Positions 50,001-59,211 of a DNA stretch of 64,000 nt are shown in pieces; position 1 is the stretch's first letter, and every line of letters starts with the position of its first letter. This DNA comes from Phoronis australis. Lineage: Eukaryota; Animalia; Phoronida. The notes beneath the pieces were generated by a model. It searched no databases. It was not told where the DNA came from and saw only the letters and a list, made by a program, of their open reading frames with translations. Location of the stretch: contig NMRA01000441.1 in assembly GCA_002633005.1 (NCBI GenBank), forward strand, positions 248,001 to 312,000, given 5' to 3'. The position numbers were made by a program, and so were the translations under genes.

Positions 50001-52527
50001 GAATACGTTGCAAAAAGTAAGGCTTTCGCAAACTGCACTTTGGCTTTACATACTGGCTAAAAATTAAAATTTCACATACAGCAAAGGAACCGTTGGCAAA
50101 CGGGATGCTTTGTAATGAACGAATGTGTCAGACAACATACAGGTTACATCAGGTCATTGCTGTTGAATGCCAGTCTGTTGGTTCACAAAAACGCCAAACT
50201 ATAGGCAAGGTTGAGCCAAGCAGGAGAGCGCCTGAGGCACAGTCCACTAATTCTCAACTTCTAGTAAGCCAGCATTATGCCCCACAAATTGAACATTTCA
50301 ACTCAAGCAGCTTCTTGACCGCCTATAAATATTGCCTTGGTACAGGCCTGATAGATGTCACATAGACATGTCAAACTCTGTGTGTGGGCGGCCATGAGAA
50401 TCTACAGATATTAACATTGTGGGTGAGGTTAAACAAGAATAGATTCATTCAACAATTGCAGGAGCACTACCTGAGGATGCTAATCTTTAATGTCAATAAA
50501 TTACCCACAAGCACATGAAATTGAAGCAGAGATAACAGACTTAAAAGTTGCCGATTATGGCAAAGCAATCCTAGGCAGCAATTTTCGAAGGTGTTTGAAC
50601 TTGACTGCTATCAAAAACGAACAGTACTGTTAACCTCAGAAAACCTTGAAACCAGTGAGCATGACGGAGAATTTATTAACATCAAAACTTCACAGGTCAG
50701 GTCAAGCCAGCACTTGGAAAGAAAATCACACATAAAAAACGTAAAATATGCGGCCACAGCTACTGAAAGACAGGAAGGCCAAGTTGAGCTCTGGCCGTAA
50801 CCCGAGGTGTAGACTGCAACTGGTATATCTGTAGAGTCCAGTGGGTGTGGGAACCATACATGTTTAGTCAAAAATAAAGTTATTCAGTAGGACTGATGCT
50901 CAAGTGAAGGCCGCAAGCAAGTGGGCTAAAATTAGAAGCAGGGCTCCTGAGTAGCTTTGCCTGAAAATGATTAGCCAAGGGAAAGAATGTGGAACACCAG
51001 GATAAGCATAGCCAGAAGTGATCACAGGGTTTCATGACTAAGATCCTGTGCAAATAGAGGCACAGTGTTTAGATCCTGGATTGGCTGGTCTTATCTCAGC
51101 CTGATTACACACGAGTGATATTAAGGCACAGCACTGATGCATTGCAACACTGCTGCACAAAAGTTGAACACCAATAGACCAAACATCCTTTAGCTAACAT
51201 GTTTTCGGGATACCTCTATTCTTGATTGTTGAGATTGAGAAAGGGAACCATCAATTAAAACCATATAGACCTTGATTTTCTTGTAGATTATAGAAATTCT
51301 AACGCCGCCCTCAATGTCTCCATATGAATATATCTGAAAATCATGCCAAAGTCTCATAAAAAATTCCCCTTCAAGTATTAAAAAATTGCCCTTAAGGTTA
51401 GAATCACTTAAATGCCAGTACTGGCTACTCTGAGGCATTGCCCCAATGAATGTTGGTGACCTGGGGGATGGGGTTTCCCTAAAAATTACCCTCTCAGAAG
51501 GCACAGGTACCTTTCCCCTCAGGTGAGCGAGGGCCTAGGGCACTACCAACCAATCTGCTCTAGATATCGCTTATTGGCTACTTCACACTTCACAGCACAA
51601 AAATTTGAACATATGACATGCTTCCTATAATTAAGATCTTCCCTTAATAAGCGGAGTATTCTAGGTGAAAATTTGCTTTGAATTATTGAATGAAAACTGC
51701 AAAATTTGGACAGCTTTTTGCCTCTCCTGACAAAAAAATCCATCCAAGAAACAAGTGGGCAATCTAAGAAATTACCCCAGGGTTTAATCCACCGGCCATG
51801 AATAAATGTATGAGTGTATACAGAGCAATATTGATTATGGAGTACATGACATGTGGCGAGAAGTCATGCTGTAGTGTTATGACTAGGCCTTAGAAACTGG
51901 GACAGGGACATCCAGAGAACTAAGCATATTGAATTAAATAAGCACTTGTTTAAGGAATGAGAGGAAATTGTTTTAACAGAATTAGGAAGGAAAGCATATA
52001 TAGTATCCACAGACGACATAAACAAGTCTGTATGTAGGATATCGAGAGAATAATTGGGTTAACATGGGCACTAATGACCAAAATTGGTTGAAAAGGCCCA
52101 GTCATAACATCCACCTTGAGCCCATCTCAACAACCTGACACAACAGGCTGAGGGTTGGGGCAAACTGCAACTTAGGTGAAAAATGCCTCAAATGCTACCC
52201 CTCCCAACACAAAAGTCAGCTCCCACTCGTTCGGTCATCATTTTACAGATCTTCTCAAGCAATATCATGGTGCAACAGTTCCTGGCAGATTCTAAATGAA
52301 ATTTGCGGTAATGGCTGATTTCCGCATGACATCGCGGTACAGTTGTACAAAACGTTTAAGCTGAAATAACTTTATAACTCACCCAGTGACTCCACGAGTT
52401 GAAACATAACACCTCCAACATGGAGGTCTCCCTTTACCCGAAGCGTACGGACTATCTGTGGATCTAAACTCGTAATTAAGATGGACAGCTCCCACGAGCC
52501 ATCCACCTTCATTCCTCCAGCCATCAT
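4805..52527 (-). CDS. FERMT (unc-112-like): Kindlin / fermitin family homolog, full spliced CDS: join(52383-52527, 20245-20478, 17172-17413, 11277-11512, 10219-10429, 9712-9905, 8843-8967, 8098-8204, 6631-6846, 5955-6101, 4805-5095); 715 aa
   Basis: Exon lengths 145+234+242+236+211+194+125+107+216+147+291=2148 nt, all phases compatible, all introns GT..AG. Hallmark kindlin motifs: [105 protein letters not shown]. Confidence 0.96.
5955..6101 (-). CDS. FERMT: Kindlin coding exon 10 (F2/F3) LTTRILEAH...KFRGSKKE
   Basis: Acceptor tttttgttgttaaAG, donor GAG|GTACGC, 147 nt, phase 0/0. Confidence 0.93.
6631..6846 (-). CDS. FERMT: Kindlin coding exon 9 (end of PH, F2) [23 protein letters not shown]...KKNKSKN
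   Basis: Acceptor cctcatacAG, donor AAT|GTGAGT, 216 nt, phase 0/0. Confidence 0.95.
8098..8204 (-). CDS. FERMT: Kindlin coding exon 8 (PH domain) [36 protein letters not shown]
   Basis: Acceptor tctcatcgcAG, donor ACG|GTGAGT, 107 nt, phase 1/0. Confidence 0.94.
8843..8967 (-). CDS. FERMT: Kindlin coding exon 7 (PH domain) [41 protein letters not shown]
   Basis: Not in the ORF track; translated by hand. Acceptor ttttcttgtAG, donor G|GTATTT, 125 nt, phase 2/1. Confidence 0.93.
9712..9905 (-). CDS. FERMT: Kindlin coding exon 6 (F2, ILK-binding helix [16 protein letters not shown], start of PH)
   Basis: Acceptor ttgcttgcAG, donor AA|GTAGGC, 194 nt, phase 0/2; [12 protein letters not shown] motif. 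Confidence 0.93.
10219..10429 (-). CDS. FERMT: Kindlin coding exon 5 (F1/F2) [12 protein letters not shown]...[11 protein letters not shown]
   Basis: Acceptor tatccacAG, donor CAG|GTTTGA, 211 nt, phase 2/0. Confidence 0.95.
11277..11512 (-). CDS. FERMT: Kindlin coding exon 4 (F1 loop) [10 protein letters not shown]...ERARINAG
   Basis: Acceptor ttccctgcAG, donor GG|GTCAGT, 236 nt, phase 0/2; LANSP and ARINAG match the kindlin LAxSP and A(K/R)INxGW motifs. Confidence 0.92.
12289..13102. mobile_element. 814-bp non-autonomous PIF/Harbinger-like (Tourist-type) MITE
   Basis: ~42-bp imperfect TIRs starting GGGCTGTTCCAG; 3-bp TSD TGA (12286-12288, 13103-13105); empty site with one TGA in the other copy near 14767; no ORF. 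Confidence 0.88.
13799..14970. repeat. Second copy of 11314-13307 including a 3'-truncated kindlin exon 4 (13799-13997); probable allelic haplotype duplicated by assembly
   Basis: Begins right after the single N at 13798; near-identical at offset 2485; scattered SNPs including synonymous TTA/CTA at 11380/13865; lacks the 12289-13102 insertion. Confidence 0.88.
15759..15798. repeat. Perfect 16-bp stem, 8-nt loop hairpin
   Basis: aactaggtcagttcaa-ggacattg-ttgaactgacctagtt. Confidence 0.9.
17172..17413 (-). CDS. FERMT: Kindlin coding exon 3 (F1 and start of F1 loop with poly-Lys) [12 protein letters not shown]...LLKKKKG...PSPQ
   Basis: Acceptor cccttgcAG, donor CAA|GTGCGT, 242 nt, phase 1/0; RxPEELS motif. 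Confidence 0.92.
20245..20478 (-). CDS. FERMT: Kindlin coding exon 2 (F0/F1) [16 protein letters not shown]...QICKEI
   Basis: Acceptor ctttttgcAG, donor G|GTACGA, 234 nt, phase 1/1; lies in ORF 20231-20503. Confidence 0.95.
22593..22870. repeat. Degenerate ~70-bp tandem repeat, 4 units
   Basis: Units start near 22593, 22665, 22732 and 22801, sharing aagtctca..agtagatttgc-ttgagtgaga..ggctaacat..gaatt. Confidence 0.75.
23973..24047. repeat. ~39-bp direct tandem duplication
   Basis: gcttggga..aaacaatgtttcattattgcttgag occurs twice. Confidence 0.85.
30014..30891. repeat. 439-bp tandem duplication (30014-30451 / 30453-30891) around a single N; probable allelic overlap
   Basis: N at 30452 exactly at the junction; the copies differ by a few SNPs and a 1-nt indel. 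Confidence 0.88.
36067..36132. repeat. 17-bp minisatellite, ~4 copies (atgcagcctgtatgcaa)
   Basis: Directly visible; explains the two overlapping spurious ORFs here. Confidence 0.85.
40296..40844. other. Assembly gap (549 N) preceded by a long G run
   Basis: N run; G-rich run at 40268-40292. Confidence 0.99.
42221..42289 (-). pseudogene. tRNA-derived sequence (pseudo-tRNA / SINE-like head; possible Arg-TCG ancestry)
   Basis: Minus strand reads gccgctgag TGGTGTAGTGGT aaagtcggcga CTCGAA actcttgaggccc GGTTTCGAGT ttcccgcc: A box, anticodon-like loop, B-box-like motif; stems do not close properly. Confidence 0.6.
42834..42996. repeat. 163-bp imperfect hairpin element
   Basis: Perfect 15-bp ends atagattattacatg / catgtaataatctat; arms pair most of the way to the tip ggggc-taac-gcccc. 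Confidence 0.85.
47633..47684. repeat. (TA)n / (TATACA)n microsatellite
   Basis: Directly visible. Confidence 0.95.
51189..51543 (+). mobile_element. Possible Helentron-associated (HINE/DINE-like) non-autonomous element
   Basis: Begins tttagctaacatg and ends caggtgagcg plus GC-rich gggcctagggcac, resembling a sub-terminal IR and 3' hairpin; degenerate. Confidence 0.4.
52383..52527 (-). CDS. FERMT: Kindlin coding exon 1 (F0 N-terminus) [48 protein letters not shown]
   Basis: Frame absent from the ORF track, translated by hand. Donor G|GTGAGT at 52382; phase 1 joins AC of the next exon to give D-ISTDWSDH. Which of the tandem ATGs starts translation is uncertain. Confidence 0.93.
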
Positions 52528-52879
52528 CTTCAAAGTTTGCAAGAGTCACGTGACTGAATTCAAATATCCTTATACCGACAACTGTAATCACACCACGACA
52601 CAGCCACAGATTCAAACCAGAAATATCCTGCTCTTAACAAGTCTGTATGATCGCTCCAACACCGGTTATCTTCCTTGTCGTTGAACGTCAGAATAAATAG
52701 AATGTGGAATATATTGTGTAGACCAATACCACCACCATGATGTCACTTATACGCTCTAGATAGGCCTCCCACGACTGTCCCTGAAATTCAATATGCCAAA
52801 ACTGATAAAATACGATTCAGATTAAATTCTGACCTGTTTGTGCTCATAATCATAGCCTTCATGATAAATGAAGCAGTGG

Positions 52880-53570
52880 TGCCTCCGGAACGATGAAGAA
52901 ATTAGGTAAAAATCTGCAAATTTTACGACGGCAAAACGCAGCTGATATTTAGAATTTAGATATCAAAAACACAAACGAGGCGAAGCCGACTCCACAACTC
53001 TCGAGAGACCGGTTGCGTGAGTTTTCAGGGGTTTTGAAACACTGGACTTGAAAACATTCTTCAGGTTAAACTCAATGTAATGAGTACAAATTTAAAACCT
53101 GGCAATGATATGCCGCGATTACACACGAATATTCGGTATTGGAATCCGGTCGAATGGTAAGCTGTCTTGTCCTAGTAAAAAAAGCCATGGGACACGACGA
53201 GTTTAGAAACTTTCGTCCTGAGGAAACTTCAACAAAGTACAACCAACTCGCCCTGGTTTTGCAATATTTGCGAAGACTGTATATTGATGCATCGCAGTAC
53301 TCACCTTTTACGATGATTACTTTTATGAATGAACTCTTATTTCAATAAATTCAATAGACACCTCCGTCCGGAGAATGAGTGTTGGACATCAAAATGTCCC
53401 TATATGGAAAGCAAGTTGTACGCATGTAAATGTATACGGTCGTACGAATGTGAAATAGCTTGTGATTGGCTTAAATTGGTCTGTAAGGTCTTACCAAGAA
53501 TTAGTGTTTTCTTGAAATAAACACAGAAAATAACAAACACATACTGGCAGCCACCATATTTTTAGATTTT
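52880..53570 (-). promoter_or_regulatory. Probable kindlin promoter / non-coding first exon
   Basis: Locally CpG-rich relative to the introns; two minus-strand CCAAT boxes (53465-53469, 53475-53479); consensus donor AAG|GTGAGT with exon end at 53305; lies between the TTC8 3' end and the kindlin ATG. Confidence 0.5.
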
Positions 53571-54458
53571 CATGGCATAGATTTATCTAACAACAAGAAA
53601 TATTGGTAATTTGCAATGTTACAATTGGGAAATACCCCCAGGTGTCTATTTTTGATAGCCAATAAAAACTGCTGTAAGAAATCCCTGTTGGAATCAACTC
53701 CTTGCCTACGTCATCTTTGAGGTCAACTTTCCAATCAAGCGACTCCTCGGGGATTCCCAGCAAGTGAATGCCGTTTTCGAACGCAATATTGAAACAGCAG
53801 TTTATAACATTGCATTTAATTGAGGTAATGAAGAATGATATTAAACTACACATTATGATTACTTTATAACCACATTTTCAATAACAGACTGAAAAATTAT
53901 TCAAGAGACATTTTCACGCGTTTGTTCTTTGGAGTACTGTCACGGTTGTAAGACGCCGTACAGGTACACGAATTGCAAATTATACACACGTTGGTCCTAC
54001 CAAATGCCGAATCACCCGTCACATTAAGCTATAGCTTAGGGCACTGCACAAATCAGTCACAGTAATCTCTCTGCAAAACTCGTCTCAACTTGGGCAAAAA
54101 AATTGTGTTACCTGGGTTTATGAAAAAATTTGGCAACCAAGGGCAGCTCAAGAATTGTTACAACCATGGGTAGGTGAAGCAATTACGTCCACAGTGTGGG
54201 GAGTACAAAATTCTGGCGACCAACAATTACCGTAGCTTGAAAATTGTGGCAAGCAAGCGGGAGATGGCATCTCAAGATCTTTTTTAAATGCTTGTTACAA
54301 ATAATTCAAGATGAGCCAAGAATCTCAAAATGTCTCCATAAAGTTTTGGGTAGAAAAACTCGGAGCTGACTGACCTAACGAATGATCAACATACGACAGA
54401 AAGCCTAAATTTATCCTCCTTCAATGAATTACTTAGCAAATGTGATGGTATAATAAAA

Positions 54459-54591
54459 CAATTATTGGCTTTTACACTGGGTCAATAAGAGCTCAAAAAT
54501 GTGGTAATCGGACCCCGGCTCCACCCCTGTCATTATCACATGTTTGGAGTTGGAAAACAAGTAGATTGACCTCAGTGAGAGTCAATAATTG
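54459..54591. repeat. Degenerate hairpin element of similar design
   Basis: caattattggct..cactgggtcaat / attgacctcagtg..agtcaataattg; inner tgtggtaat / attatcaca; tip gaccccggctccacccctgtc. Confidence 0.65.
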
Positions 54592-54660
54592 AATAATGTA
54601 GGAAGTTATGGTAATGCATTTCAGCCAATAAGGGGACACAAGTATCATTAGCCCTGTAAG

Positions 54661-55072
54661 GGTATTTTATGGAATTCTTTTAGCCCAGACATTAAACGGT
54701 CCAATTCAATTACTACCTTTAAAGTTAATGTTAAAAAGTGGCTGTAATTTACTTAACCTTTTATACCCTGCCTGTCTTGATCATGTCATTTTTTCATTGC
54801 CGTAAATACTCTCATTGTCTAGAGTCATCTCTTAATTTATTTCATCTGTCTTAGTTAATTTTTTTTACCATTATTTGTCATTTAGTTATTGTCTTAATTT
54901 TCAACCTTAACTGTTTTTAATTGTATCTTTGTTACATATGTTTCATTATTGTTTTATTACTTCATTGTATTATATTACTGTTTTTCTTGTTGAGGGCCCT
55001 CTTGGAAAGCAGTGCTATCACTGAAGAGGCCACCCTCATTTTAAATATCACAATAATAAATAAATAAATAAA
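54661..55072 (+). mobile_element. 5'-truncated CR1/L2-group LINE 3' end
   Basis: 54661-54747 encodes GILWNSFSPDIKRSNSITTFKVNVKKWL* (LWNxL..IK..S..FK..(L/V)K ORF2 C-terminal motif), then a T-rich UTR, a stem-loop gaggg-cctctt..cagtg-ctat-cactg-aagagg-ccctc, and a (TAAA)n tail. Confidence 0.78.
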
Positions 55073-55415
55073 CAACTAATACCTCACCATACAAAGGAAC
55101 ACCCTTACATGTTTTGCTCCAGTAAGCCATACTAATGACTGTATACTATTAGGAAGAAGAGTATGGGAGTCCAGGTTGTCAGAATCTTTATGACAATAGG
55201 GAGACAGTGGCACTTTCTTTCATGAAAATCATGGATAAGTACAATGAGAATTGCGTGTAGGCTACAATGTATAAAATTGTTAAAGGAGTGGCATGTACCT
55301 GCATGCAGGTGAATGTTCGTGGAGCATTTTCGCAATACTGAATCAAGGTGCAGAGGTCTGAAATCAGCTCATTGACAAATTAAATTTCTTGGTATTCAAC
55401 GTCAAATACAATAAT

Positions 55416-55421
55416 TTTATT
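55416..55421 (-). terminator. Candidate poly(A) signal (AATAAA) of TTC8
   Basis: First canonical minus-strand AATAAA I found after the TTC8 stop; implies a ~1.45 kb 3' UTR. Confidence 0.5.
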
Positions 55422-56870
55422 AAGAAAATAAATTAAAAGTCATATTTTACAACATTGCAAGTCTCTCCATAAATGTAACAGTGTATACTGTGAAAAAATA
55501 AGAAATCCTTATCACTTCAGGCTTAATAACACATAACTTATTGTACCATATTTTTATAATACAAAACTGTATTAATTGTCTGTGAATGTAATCAGTTGTG
55601 AAGTTGAGATTTCAAAAAGTCAGTGGCTCAAGAACAAATTTTCGTCCCATATGCAAATGTGCGAATTAAGACTGACACGGAATACAGACTCAAAAAAACA
55701 ACAAAAACCTGTCCAGGGCTATAAATTTGGAATTTCGAGATGCATTACAACACCTGGGATAGTGCTACTGTAATCTTGTTTTCAACAGCATACAACCAAT
55801 TGAAACATTGGAAGCAATCTTTAGGTTTCTTACAGATTTGCACAGCATATTGTCTGTTTGGGCAATTCAAAAACAACATACACTCTGACTGAAAGACAAA
55901 CTCTGATTTGACTCAGTGACACCCAACAGCGATGTATCTAAAATTATGCTGATGGGGTGTGTACTCAAGCTGGTGGTACCATTTTGGGCTGTGTACCTTG
56001 AGGGGGGACTACAGCCACTGAAACCACAGTATATCCACCACTAACCAACGTAACAATAAACAAAACAAGACAATACGATAGTAATTAACAATTTTAAACC
56101 ACACGTATGACTCGCTCTATCACTATTTGTCCAATTTCGCACTGTGCTAAAAGGAGCTTAAAGTTTATAAATATTGCAAAGTGCCATGAGAATGAGATTA
56201 CACACGAGAAGTGGTGAAAAATTGTTCAAATGTCAACTTTCTTGACAAGTAGAAATTCACTAACCAGAGGATTAACTTAAGATTTGTTTCAGATTTTCCA
56301 CAAAGGCCCTGTCGCAAGTTTGACTTTTCTTGGTTTGAAAGAATATCAGAATGTGACCAAGAAACACACATGCGAACACCCTCTTTTGAAGAAAACTTAA
56401 AACAAAGTGCCATTCTTTACAAAGGCCAAAATCGCCTGTGGGAACCTTCTCGCTTAGGTGAAAAATTTTCATGGGTCACCAGGGGTCACACATGTAACCT
56501 ATGGCCTTTTAGAACCACAGCACAGTTCCAAGTTGTCAAGTACAGTAGTTTTCAAAAAAAAGTTGTCAAAACCTTTCGTCCTCATCAGAACGAGACGGAA
56601 ATTCAGAGCAAAAAAATTGGCTAATTTTCGAAAGATTATGCGCAGCTCTTAGTCTATTTTCTGTCTGTTTTTTTTCCACAGCTTAGACGAAGCCAGTCAT
56701 ACAATTTTTCTTCTGAATACTACTGTATTTGAATTTCTAACAAATTATCAATGCTAAATACGATTGGCTAAAAGTGGAAATTTCACAAATAATTTTTTGT
56801 GCTGAAGTAATAACTTAATAGGCTAAAGATGGGTCATGGAAGGCCTGGACACCGAAGTTAAGACGAACAT

Positions 56871-56987
56871 CTACAACAATGAAAATTGTCGCTTGAGTTG
56901 TTTCAGCAGATCTTTAGAATCAGCGTGATCGGGGAAAGACTCAAGAGACTTTTGCACACAGCTGAAGCAATTCTGCATGTCTCCAAC
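56871..56987 (-). CDS. TTC8: TTC8/BBS8 last coding exon VGDMQNCFSCVQKSLESFPDHADSKDLLKQLKRQFSLL*
   Basis: 117 nt, acceptor ttgtttgttttAG, TAG at 56871-56873; resembles the recalled BBS8 C-terminus IGDLQRSY..QKS..AFPDHVD...LxQHFAML. In frame with the 63690-63773 exon. Confidence 0.9.
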   Translation of the reverse strand, partial: VGDMQNCFSCVQKSLESFPDHADSKDLLKQLKRQFSLL

Positions 56988-59143
56988 CTAAAACAAACAA
57001 AAAGAACAAATAAGCAAATGTTGTAACACTTAATAATTGCCGTACTATGTCATGGGTGATAGTCACTAACAGCCCCCCTCCCTGCATCTTGAGAACCAGT
57101 TTTCTCCACTGAATAACAGATATCAAACTGGTTCTCAGCATCCAGTAACCCTGCGAGTGACTATTGCCCCTTCACACGTAAACGGGTGGGCCTAGATATG
57201 TGTATACATGGTAGGCATCTTGTGTTATTATGGGTACTAGCTGTAACACATAGTTGCATGTCACGAGCAGTAGATGAATTAGAACAATTTAGTCATCTCA
57301 AGTTATATAAAATAACAAATAAATTAGAAGTAATGGGTTGGGAGAGCAAATTAATTCTCGTCTTCATATTATTTTAAATATCTCTTTCATAATTTAGCAC
57401 AGATCAGTTGATTTTTCTTGAAAAGCCAGAAACTGCAGTATGCTGATTCCAATCAAAATGCTAGTTGAGACAGCATCATTAGATCCATGGGTCAGATTAA
57501 GGTTTCTCGAGATCTCTCAGCTATACAACTTCCGAGGGTACTCTGTGGCTATGAAGCGAGGTCTCTATTTAGAGCTGGGCCTCTCAACTAAAATTATAAT
57601 CTGGCACTGATTGGACCATTGCTCACAACAAAAACTCCATGAAATTTAAATAAATCTAATTTTGGTTTTCTACTAAATCGAAAAAGAGAAAGTCAATATA
57701 CAATAACTTACTTGGCTGATAATCATGATACACATTTTGAAAAGAAAAAAATACACCAAGATGACTTTACAAAAATATGACAAAACATGGATGAAAATTT
57801 GCAATCTAGGTTTCAACTAAAAAGATTTTTTTCCTTGATAGTGAATATTGCTTGCTGGCCAGTACAAGAAAAAGAGTGTCCCAAAAAACACGAACCCATA
57901 AAAATTCTAATAATTGAACATAAGTTCATTTGTTTTTCCAACTTGGTAGACTGTCAACAAAGCCTTGACTATACAAGTCATTTTGCATTGATTTTCTTTC
58001 TTCTCTTCAAAAATACAAAAACATGTTTTTAGAGTCAAAACTGGACTCCAGAAAATTGGAATCAACTTTTATGACTAAGCAATTGATTTTATAAATAAAC
58101 TGAAAGTAAAATGGCCTTTCTCAGTTGATTGAAAAGATGAAAATTAAAAATTAACTTTTCAAAAATAATTTAAAAACATCTAATTCAAAAATATCACATG
58201 CTCCTCTGACGACTCGATGAACAAGAACACCACCCGCAGCAACACTTTGCCCCATTCATTAAGTAGCCAAGCATAGAATTAGTGTCAAATCTAACAAGTT
58301 CAGAAAAATGTGACAGAGGAAATGCTGGCTGAATAAATGATATTAGTAAATTACCTTGCAGTATTGGTACACATGATAAATTACATTCCCTTCAAGTAGA
58401 TGAGCCAGGCACAGTATCAAAATTGCTTTTTCAGGCTTAAATTATTATTAATGGTTGTTGAAATGGAGCAAAAAAGACATTAACATATTGATTTCCAGAG
58501 CAGCATAGGACTAGAATTGATTTTGCAATCTTAGAAAGGTTCAACGACTTCTCCGGTAGAATTTAGGCTTAAAGTTATTAAAATTTAAACCCATAACATC
58601 ATTATTTCCTTACTTAGTCTAAACATAAAACAAGGTTGCCTTAAAGCCACAAAAATCCACAGTCGAGTTCAACAATTCTAGTACCATGTTAGAAAAGCAA
58701 GATCTCACAAGATGTCAACGCGTATTTTCAATAAGCGCACGTGATTTTGGCTAGATTTTTCTTGCTGCAAGTCAGCTATTGAACTCTACCCAGGATCAAG
58801 AAGCAGCATCTCCATCTAGTGCTCTGGAGTTGGCCTATCGGATATTTCCAATTCTGCAAACTGCCATTCTGCTTTTGGTGAATAAATATGGTTAACTTTG
58901 GCCAACTTATCAAGGGTTCGACCAAGTACTCAACATCAGGCCATCCGTGCCCGGTTGAATGAAACAGTCTCAAATAGGGTTTCGATGAAGTATGCCAAAT
59001 CTACTACGTATTTGTGGACTTGTGCAAACACGGATTATCCTTTCTAATACTGTTTGGTTTCATTACTAAGTCAATTTCTGGCTTTGATACAAAGAGAAAG
59101 TGAATTCTAGGTTAAAATTGTAAATATTAGTAAAAACAAGTAG

Positions 59144-59211
59144 GGATCTTTTCATGCAACACCCCTAATTTAAGGACTAAGTCCTAATTTATTTTCATTG
59201 AACGAAGGCCT
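59144..59211. mobile_element. Short degenerate relative of the 2924/41731 MITE family
   Basis: ggatcttttcatgcaa...ttttcattgaacgaaggcct with internal aggactaagtcct. Confidence 0.35.

Noticed and set aside
52976-52989. CGAGGCGAAGCCGA (GCGAAGC mini-hairpin) near the promoter
   Set aside because: Only 14 nt with no flanking arms; may be chance.
56570-56592. Minus-strand CTGATGAGGACGAAAGG resembling a hammerhead core
   Set aside because: Stem II cannot form properly, and no second GAAA or stems I/III follow.
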